DNA of 64,000 nt from Bacilli bacterium. GTDB lineage: Bacteria; Bacillota_I; Bacilli_A; RF39; UBA660. Under the pieces are notes generated by a model. It was not told where the DNA came from. It was given only the letters and a program-made list of their open reading frames with translations, and did not search any database. This document shows positions 37,360 through 44,850 of this stretch, piece after piece. The stretch spans positions 750 to 64,749 of the forward strand of contig JBJEDW010000083.1 of NCBI GenBank assembly GCA_051872415.1. Reading direction: 5' to 3'. Made by a program: the position numbers and the translations under genes. The first letter of the stretch is position 1. Each line of letters opens with the position of its first letter.

Positions 37360-39363
37360 TTACTTAATTTCATTGAAAGATATATTATTTTCTTTGGCAA
37401 AAAAGGCGGCATAAGATTCTTTTTTACCATAAATAACAACGTTTTTACTATTTTTAAAGGCATGTTTGTCGATTGTTTGTACTGTCTCAGGTATAACTAC
37501 TTTATTTAAATTTTTGCATTCTGCAAAAGCAAACTGTTCTATGTATATTAATGAATTAGGCAAAATAACTTCTTTTAGATTATCACAATTATAAAATGAT
37601 TTTTCTCTTATTCCTTTTAGTTTACTATTAAATGTCACTTTTTCTAAAGAACTACTATCAAAAGTTCTAGGCTTTATAACTGATAAGTTTTTAGGCAGTA
37701 TTATTTCTTTTATATTTTTATCATTTAAAAACAGTTCTCGTTTTAATTTAGTTACATTTTTTCCTTCTAATACACTAGGAACTACTATTTTTTTATCTTT
37801 TTTCAGGCATTTAGTCACTGTGATTTGACATGGGAAATTATAAAACTCATAATCTTTTTCTGTTACTATTTTATAATCAGCTTCTCCAATATTAACTGCA
37901 TCACTCATATCTGTACCAAAAAGCATATCAATACTATCAGTTAAATGCATTCCATGTGAACCTTTAAATAAAATAAGATCTCCAGGCTTTATTATTTTTT
38001 CAATATAATCGTGCATCTTTTCTCTGTTTTCAAAATATTTAACATTCTTTTTTATATTTTTATATTTCTCATAGGAATATTTTGTTTCATTTCCAAAAAA
38101 TATCATTTCTTGAATATCATGACCTGCTAAATTCTTTCCAATTTTACGATGAATTTCTTCAGAAATCTCTCCCATTTCTTTTACATCTGCAATTACTGCA
38201 ATTTTTTTAGAATTTTTGTCCAGTTTTATAATATCAAGAGTTTTAGCAGCTGTTTCTATTGAATCAAGCGAAGCATTATAACAATCTGCAAAAATTTTAT
38301 ATTCCCCAACTTGAAATAAGTTATCTCTCATACCTGTTGTATGATAATTTATTAAACCTTTTTTTATTTTTGAAGAATCAATTTTTAAATATTTAGCAAG
38401 GGCATATGCAGCTAAGGCATTATATATATGATGTTCCCCTATTACCTTTAGTTTTATCTCTTCTTCATTTTTTTCTAAATTATCAACTACCGTAAAAGTT
38501 GTACCTTCGGCAGTTAACTTTATATTTTTTGCATAATACATTGCATTCTGATCTTTTATCGAATAAGATATAACTTCTTGTTCAAATTCTAAGTTTCTAA
38601 GTACTGAATCATCATAATTTATGATAGCAAGTCCGTCTTTTTTTCCATATTTTGAAAGCAATGTCTTGTATTTAGCGATATTTTCACGAGTCTTATAGTG
38701 TTCTATATGAGAATCTAAGATATTAGTATAAATAGCTATATTAGCCTCAAGCATAAGAGCACATTCTTTTATTAAAAATTTAGATGCTCCAATTCCTACT
38801 TCTTGAAGATAAACTTTATTAAAATAATTAAGTTTTTTTATATTCATAGCAATCTTAAAATGAGAATTACTATTTCCTTGAGATACAACTAAAGCATTCT
38901 TTTTATACTCTTCTCTTAATACAGAGGCAATAATATCTTTAGTTGAAGTTTTTCCGATTGATCCGGTTACTGTTATTACATAAGGATTTGAAACTTTTCT
39001 AATATAAATCATAACTTTTGAAAACTGATGTAAGTTTTTAGTAATCACAATATTATTACAGTTTTCTATTGGTTCTTCTGAAAATATACATAATGCATTT
39101 TCTTTAATTTTCTTTCTTGTTGGTTCATCAAAGCCATTTAAGGTTCGACAGAACATAACAAAATTAGGTTCTATTTCTAACCTACTTCTTGTTATATTAG
39201 TTACTCTTTTATTTTGCAATTTTTTTAAATTACTGGGAACTTCTACATCGATAATATTACATATTTTCTTTAAAGTTAACTTTTTCTTATTATCAAATGC
39301 TCTCTTTTTTAAATTTATAATAAACTTTTTAATAGGTTGTGGAACATACTTTTTTAAACTCAT
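37360..39363 (-). CDS. MurF-like Mur-ligase-family protein fused to a C-terminal BspA-type leucine-rich-repeat domain
   Basis: P-loop VTGSIGKTSTKD, MurF-like FADCYNAS, and a C-terminal ligase domain (DVKEMG...). Residues ~520-667 are LRR units (EIILPKNLSVIKPRTF / EVILPNSLIYIEQFAFAECKNL / VVIPETVQTIDKHAF). No signal peptide. Confidence 0.75.
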   Translation of the reverse strand: MSLKKYVPQPIKKFIINLKKRAFDNKKKLTLKKICNIIDVEVPSNLKKLQNKRVTNITRSRLEIEPNFVMFCRTLNGFDEPTRKKIKENALCIFSEEPIENCNNIVITKNLHQFSKVMIYIRKVSNPYVITVTGSIGKTSTKDIIASVLREEYKKNALVVSQGNSNSHFKIAMNIKKLNYFNKVYLQEVGIGASKFLIKECALMLEANIAIYTNILDSHIEHYKTRENIAKYKTLLSKYGKKDGLAIINYDDSVLRNLEFEQEVISYSIKDQNAMYYAKNIKLTAEGTTFTVVDNLEKNEEEIKLKVIGEHHIYNALAAYALAKYLKIDSSKIKKGLINYHTTGMRDNLFQVGEYKIFADCYNASLDSIETAAKTLDIIKLDKNSKKIAVIADVKEMGEISEEIHRKIGKNLAGHDIQEMIFFGNETKYSYEKYKNIKKNVKYFENREKMHDYIEKIIKPGDLILFKGSHGMHLTDSIDMLFGTDMSDAVNIGEADYKIVTEKDYEFYNFPCQITVTKCLKKDKKIVVPSVLEGKNVTKLKRELFLNDKNIKEIILPKNLSVIKPRTFDSSSLEKVTFNSKLKGIREKSFYNCDNLKEVILPNSLIYIEQFAFAECKNLNKVVIPETVQTIDKHAFKNSKNVVIYGKKESYAAFFAKENNISFNEIK

Positions 39364-39379
39364 TTTCTTTTCTCCTTTA

Positions 39380-40444
39380 CTATTTTATCAAATTATGATA
39401 TCTATAAAAATCTCCAAGAGGTTTATTCTTTTGTCCGCCCCAAAGCTGAAGTATATTAACACCAGAAGAGGCATTTGCTTCAATAATACAGATTCCTTTG
39501 TCAGTTAAAAGCACATCCCAAGCTACAAAGTTTAAATATGGGAATTTATTGGCTAAGTCTACAATTTCTTTTTTTATTTTATCCCAGTTAGGAACTTTAA
39601 CTCCTTCGATAGGATTTTTGCTATCAGGATGAATTTTGTATTCATTAGTATTATGTAAACATTTAGCACTGCTAAGCTTACCAGTTTCTAAATCAACCTT
39701 AGCAACTAAACCACCCATACTACCATTATCTACAGGTATAGTTTTCTTTGTTCCTATTCTTTGAACTGCAAAATAAAGTATAAATTTTTCAGTTTTTGGA
39801 TCTTTAAAAGTAACAAGTCTTAAAGTATTTGAAGTTTTGTCATATAACTTATTCAAATACTCATTTTGCTCTATACTTTCACATATGAAATAGTTTTTTT
39901 CACGTTCAAAGTAATTAATTATTTCATCTTTGGTAGTTTCTTTTTCATTTAAATAATATTTTTTATCTTTGTAAGCAAAAGTTGCTATTCCATTTCCTTT
40001 ACCACTATCGATTGGTTTTGAAAATAATTTTTTTTGTTTTTCTAAAAGTTTTACTATATCTTCAGGAGTACTTATATCATAATCAAAACTAGAAATAGCC
40101 TTATTTTGCTTTAAACAATATATAGTAGGAACATATACATATTGCTTTAATAGTTCAGTAGTCACAATTTTATTATTTAAAATAAACTTATAGTTTCCAT
40201 TTATATATCTTGATTTATACCAATCAAATTCAGATAAATATTCCTTCTTTCTCTTGCTATTCAAGTCATACAAAACAACTTGATCTGCAATGTAACCACC
40301 ATTTATATTCCAATATAGTCTTTTAAAGAAAGGAACTTTCATATGAGATTTAGCAAATAAAATACGAACTATCCATAAAAGAGCAAGTCTTGCTTTTCTT
40401 CCTAAATAATCATTAATTCTGCGTAAAGTTTTCATTATTATCAC
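39380..40444 (-). CDS. ATP-grasp enzyme (paralog 2)
   Basis: Motifs SKPIDSGKGNGIATF; ICESIEQNEYLNKLYDKTSNTLRLVTF; GTKKTIPVDNGSMGGLVAKVDLETGKL; HPDSKNPIEGVKVPNW; IIEANA. Confidence 0.75.
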   Translation of the reverse strand: MIIMKTLRRINDYLGRKARLALLWIVRILFAKSHMKVPFFKRLYWNINGGYIADQVVLYDLNSKRKKEYLSEFDWYKSRYINGNYKFILNNKIVTTELLKQYVYVPTIYCLKQNKAISSFDYDISTPEDIVKLLEKQKKLFSKPIDSGKGNGIATFAYKDKKYYLNEKETTKDEIINYFEREKNYFICESIEQNEYLNKLYDKTSNTLRLVTFKDPKTEKFILYFAVQRIGTKKTIPVDNGSMGGLVAKVDLETGKLSSAKCLHNTNEYKIHPDSKNPIEGVKVPNWDKIKKEIVDLANKFPYLNFVAWDVLLTDKGICIIEANASSGVNILQLWGGQKNKPLGDFYRYHNLIK

Positions 40445-42826
40445 CTATTTCTCCCTACGATCTATAAATTTAAATAATTTATGTGGCATACGTTTATCGT
40501 AACCATATTTTTTCTTTTTTTCTTCTACTTTTCCTAATAAGTATTCTATTGAATGAGGTTTTAATCTTCCTATTTTCATATAATCTGGATAACGATTTAT
40601 TTCTGGAAATTTCATTCCATCTTCAGTTATAGCTATATCAAAACCAAAGTATTCAATTTGTTTTAGAGACTCTGCTATTTCTAAGATATCTTTTACAACT
40701 TTATCCCAATTTGGTATGTAACCTTCTATTGGCAAATGTGTATCCGGGTGCTCTTTGCAAGGAACTATTTTTAAATCATCTGTTATTATCAAAGCATCAT
40801 GAAAGAATCCTGTTTCTTCATCTAAACTTACAAATATTCCACCAGCTCCTATATTATCAACAGTACCAGTCTTTTTTGAACCAAAACGCATATAAGCATT
40901 ACCGATAATCGGAGTTTTACCATCTTTTTTAAACACAATTATTCTGATAGTATTAACTGAACCATCATAAATTTTATTTAATACATCATGTTGTTTGATA
41001 TATTCAGTTACTAAATACTCGTTAGTTTTATCAGATAAAATATCAATTACATCTTCTCGAGTTGCTTCTTTAAGATTAAGATATAATTTGTTATCTTTAT
41101 ATGAAAGTCTATAAAATCCTTCCCCATGAGAACCCTTATCACGTTTTAAAGCTATGTCCTTTTCTTTTTTTACAAGATTTATAATATCATCATAAGTATT
41201 ACCATAACCCCTAGGACAATCCATCATAGGAATTATTTGATTTTCTCCTTGTTTTAAACTAATATAATAATAATACTTAGGAAAGAATTTATTGTAATCA
41301 CTTGCAATATATTTAATAGTTATCTTATCCTCAAACCAAATTTTATAATAATTGTTTATGTGTCTTAACCATTTATACTCAAAATCTGAAATAAAGTTTT
41401 TATAATTATCTTTTGTTATATTATATTGTGCTAATCTATATGAAAGAAAGCCGTGTCTATAAGCCCAAAGTTTAGTTCTAATAGGAATATTCTTATTTTC
41501 TATAAAATCATCTTTCATATCCCTTAACCATCTAAAACTTATATAAGGTACTAATCCTTTTGGATAACAAGTCTTAGCAAATAATTTACATAACTTTAAC
41601 CAAACCTTTTTTTTGAAGATTTTTAATTTAAATTTAGTATTTTTATAAAGATCTCGTTTATGATTATATTTATAAATTAAAAAATTATTAAAATCTTTAT
41701 CAAAAGGCACCGCTGTACAATACTCAGGATTATTAAATATATTTATTATCTTTATTTCCTTATCGGTTATTGTAAGTTCTACTCCTGCCATTTCTATTTG
41801 AGGAATAGTTTTAAATATTGACTTAATTAATTCATTAATCTTATCAAAGTTTTTTTCTACCAAAGCAATCAATTTATCATTATTTGGCATTTTTTCTGAT
41901 TTTGTTATTTTTTTACCATTTTTTGTGGTGCAAATCTTAAATTTACCATCACTGGCATTGAAATAAATACGCGATTTTTTATTTTTATCTAAGTTAATGC
42001 TTTTGTGATTTTGGTCATCGTCATTTTCCAAAACTTGTTCATCATTTGTAGCTTCAACATTAAATTCATTATCAATTATATATTTACCATTGACTTCGGC
42101 ATATATTTCTCCAATAAGTGGCTCTAGACCATTTTTATTATATACTTTTAAAAATAGTTTAGCTTCTTTTCCATTTAATAATAATGATTTATTAGGTTTA
42201 ACTTTTTCTCGTAACACTAAACTTGTTACATTCTTTGCATTTCTTTTTATATAATTATCAATTTTTTCAATAGAAGACTCTTTTCCATTCATAAAAAACT
42301 TGTTATTTTTATATTCTAGTAAATCTTTGCTAGTATAATCTGAAGACATTAATATAACACTTTTTTTACTTTTTATTAGCTCGTAAAAACTTTCTTTATC
42401 ATCTTTTAAATTTTCTCTTAAAGATACAATCTTTACTTTACCATCACGTAAATATAATTGATAATAAACCTCTACTAAGTTTTTTCTATAATTTTTTAAT
42501 ATTTTATCAGTAGTAACAATATCTGCTAACCATTTATTATATTTTCCGTTAACACCATAAAGATAAAGATATTGTTTATAGGAAATATTTTCTTTTCTAT
42601 TATATTTAGTTATGTTTAGAGTTTTTACCTGATTAGGCAAATAACCATAGTAATAGGATTTTAGCTTAAATAGAATTGATGAACCATTATTTTTAAAAAA
42701 ATCTTCTATTACTTCTGATTTCCATTTTATAGCTGCTCTTACAACATAACCATTATATATCATACGAGAAGAAATCAAAGCTAAGAGTCGCCTTTTTATT
42801 TTACTGTTATCTTTCATTAATATCAC
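40445..42826 (-). CDS. Double-module ATP-grasp protein (degenerate N-terminal module, intact C-terminal module)
   Basis: The C-terminal half carries RDKGSHGEGFYRL; VTEYIKQHDVLNKIYDGSVNTIRIIVF; GSKKTGTVDNIGAGGIFVSLDEETGFF; HPDTHLPIEGYIPNW. The N-terminal half has similar length and spacing but lacks the VDN..GG and G-x-G loops. GTG 42826 abuts the xseB stop; ATG 42817 with AGGTGA upstream is an alternative start. Confidence 0.7.
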   Translation of the reverse strand: MILMKDNSKIKRRLLALISSRMIYNGYVVRAAIKWKSEVIEDFFKNNGSSILFKLKSYYYGYLPNQVKTLNITKYNRKENISYKQYLYLYGVNGKYNKWLADIVTTDKILKNYRKNLVEVYYQLYLRDGKVKIVSLRENLKDDKESFYELIKSKKSVILMSSDYTSKDLLEYKNNKFFMNGKESSIEKIDNYIKRNAKNVTSLVLREKVKPNKSLLLNGKEAKLFLKVYNKNGLEPLIGEIYAEVNGKYIIDNEFNVEATNDEQVLENDDDQNHKSINLDKNKKSRIYFNASDGKFKICTTKNGKKITKSEKMPNNDKLIALVEKNFDKINELIKSIFKTIPQIEMAGVELTITDKEIKIINIFNNPEYCTAVPFDKDFNNFLIYKYNHKRDLYKNTKFKLKIFKKKVWLKLCKLFAKTCYPKGLVPYISFRWLRDMKDDFIENKNIPIRTKLWAYRHGFLSYRLAQYNITKDNYKNFISDFEYKWLRHINNYYKIWFEDKITIKYIASDYNKFFPKYYYYISLKQGENQIIPMMDCPRGYGNTYDDIINLVKKEKDIALKRDKGSHGEGFYRLSYKDNKLYLNLKEATREDVIDILSDKTNEYLVTEYIKQHDVLNKIYDGSVNTIRIIVFKKDGKTPIIGNAYMRFGSKKTGTVDNIGAGGIFVSLDEETGFFHDALIITDDLKIVPCKEHPDTHLPIEGYIPNWDKVVKDILEIAESLKQIEYFGFDIAITEDGMKFPEINRYPDYMKIGRLKPHSIEYLLGKVEEKKKKYGYDKRMPHKLFKFIDRREK

Positions 42827-43048
42827 CTATTCTTTTATATTAAAGTCTTCTAATTGTCCTTCTTTATTTAGTGCTTTGGTAATTGTTTCATTAGCATTTT
42901 CTAAAATTTCATTACAACTATTTGCAAGTTTCATACCTTCGCTCCATTTATTAATTGCATCATCAAGTGCAACATCACCATTTTCTAAATCTTTTACTAT
43001 TTTTTCTAATTTTTCTAACTGTTTTTCAAATGTATTTTTATTTTCCAT
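42827..43048 (-). CDS. xseB: Exodeoxyribonuclease VII small subunit
   Basis: 73 aa with FEKQLEKLEKIVKDLENGDVALDDAI, the typical XseB helical hairpin. Overlaps the xseA stop. Confidence 0.85.
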   Translation of the reverse strand: MENKNTFEKQLEKLEKIVKDLENGDVALDDAINKWSEGMKLANSCNEILENANETITKALNKEGQLEDFNIKE

Positions 43049-44237
43049 CTTTTACCTCCATTACTTTAGATATAACTTCTCCTTCTGAAAATTCAGTTGT
43101 TATAATCATACTTTCTTTTATATCTTTAAGATTTACTACTTTATTATTTGCTCTAGTTATAGAATAACCTCTTTTTAAAGTTTTTATTGGATTTAATGCT
43201 TCCATTTTATCAAGAAGTGAAACATACTTTGTTTCTTTGTTTTCAAGAATTCCTTCCATATAAATATTTAATTTATCGATTAAATTATCTAATTTTTGCA
43301 TTTTTATTTCATATAATCCTTTTGGATTTTTTAAGATGTATGAATTTAAAAGAGCATTTAATTTATTTTTATTAAGTTCTAATTTGTTTAAAATACTTTT
43401 ACTAAGTCTTGTCTTTATTTGATTTATATTATTAATTAAATCAATAGTATTAGGTACTGCAAGTTCTGCTGCAGCGGTAGGAGTTGGGGCTCTTAAATCT
43501 GATACGAAATCACTTATTGTAAAATCTATTTCATGACCAACAGCACTTATAATTGGTATATCCATGTTAAATATAGCATCCGCTACTATTTCTTCGTTAA
43601 AAGCCCAAAGATCTTCAATTGAGCCTCCTCCGCGTCCTAAAATTATTACATCTAAATCTAAGTCTTTAGCTTTATCTAAACTAGATACGATATCTTCTCC
43701 TGCTCTTTCTCCTTGTACTAAAGTAGGAATTAAAATAATCTCTGCCAAACGATAACGTCTATTAATAGTAGTAATAATATCTCTAATAGCTGCACCAGTT
43801 GAAGCAGTAATTACTCCAATTCTTTTTGGAAATTTAGGAATAGGTTTTTTATATTTTTCATCAAAATAACCACGTTCACCAAGTTTTTTCTTTAACTTTT
43901 CAAATTCTACATATAGATTGCCTACTCCATCTTCAAGCATCTCTTCAACATATATTTGATAATTTCCATTTGCCTCGTAACAACTAATTCTACCTGTTAC
44001 TAAAACATTCATTCCATCTGCAGGGGTAAAATTAACTTTAGAAGCTGCACTTCTAAACATAACTGCAAGTATACGAGAATTTTCATCTTTTAAAGTAAAA
44101 TAAAAGTGTCCAGAAGTATGATTCTTAAAATTACTTATTTCTCCTTTTAAATAAACTTTTTGTAAGTTTTGATCGTTATCTAGTTTATATTTTATATAGT
44201 GATTTATTCTAGAAACTGTTAAATATTTATCATCCAT
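43038..44237 (-). CDS. xseA: Exodeoxyribonuclease VII large subunit
   Basis: N-terminal OB fold (YLKGEISNFKNHTSGHFYFTLKD), catalytic core (GVITASTGAAIRD...RGGGSIEDLWAFN), and a coiled-coil tail. Confidence 0.9.
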   Translation of the reverse strand: MDDKYLTVSRINHYIKYKLDNDQNLQKVYLKGEISNFKNHTSGHFYFTLKDENSRILAVMFRSAASKVNFTPADGMNVLVTGRISCYEANGNYQIYVEEMLEDGVGNLYVEFEKLKKKLGERGYFDEKYKKPIPKFPKRIGVITASTGAAIRDIITTINRRYRLAEIILIPTLVQGERAGEDIVSSLDKAKDLDLDVIILGRGGGSIEDLWAFNEEIVADAIFNMDIPIISAVGHEIDFTISDFVSDLRAPTPTAAAELAVPNTIDLINNINQIKTRLSKSILNKLELNKNKLNALLNSYILKNPKGLYEIKMQKLDNLIDKLNIYMEGILENKETKYVSLLDKMEALNPIKTLKRGYSITRANNKVVNLKDIKESMIITTEFSEGEVISKVMEVKDGK

Positions 44238-44634
44238 TATTTACCTCTTTATGCATAATGCTATCAAGTACTCCATTTATTAACTTTACTACTTTTTCAT
44301 CACTATATTTTTTAGATAATTCTATAGCTTCATTAATTGCAACAACCTCTGGAGTTTCTGTATACAAAAGTTCATAGATTGCAAGAGAAAGAATAGCTTT
44401 ATCTACTTTACTAATTCTATCAATATTCCAATCTTTCATATGTTTATTAGCTAAAGAACTTATTTGTTCTTGATTTTTTATAATACCATTTAATGTGTCT
44501 TTTACGAATTCTTTTTCTTGCTTGATTTGTTCTTTTATTATAGTATTTAGATCAAAAGATAAATTCTTATCTTGATAAATATATACTTGATATAATACTT
44601 TAATTATTATTTCTCTTAGTTCACTTCTACTCAT
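44230..44634 (-). CDS. nusB: Transcription antitermination factor NusB
   Basis: 134 aa with SRSELREIIIKVLYQ...DRISKVDKAILSLAIYELLY...INEAIELSKKY. Conserved nusB-xseA order. Confidence 0.9.
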   Translation of the reverse strand: MSRSELREIIIKVLYQVYIYQDKNLSFDLNTIIKEQIKQEKEFVKDTLNGIIKNQEQISSLANKHMKDWNIDRISKVDKAILSLAIYELLYTETPEVVAINEAIELSKKYSDEKVVKLINGVLDSIMHKEVNNG

Positions 44635-44791
44635 AATTTATTCCTCCATATTAATTATAAAAGAAATAGCTCTTTTTGTAAATAAAAATTACACTTCGAT
44701 TTTTTTATCTATTGTATTTAAAATAAACTTAAATCAAAAAACATTTCTAAAAATTTTGATCAAACTTGTCTTTCTAAAATTACAACATAGC

Positions 44792-44818
44792 AAAAGAGCC
44801 TCTAACTTAGGCTCTTTA
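44792..44818 (-). terminator. Putative intrinsic terminator after the deacetylase gene
   Basis: 8-bp stem AAAGAGCC/GGCTCTTT with a 9-nt loop, 33 nt downstream of the stop. The T-run on the minus strand is short. Confidence 0.45.
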
Positions 44819-44850
44819 CAGGATAAATTATAATTTTATAATCAAAACAT

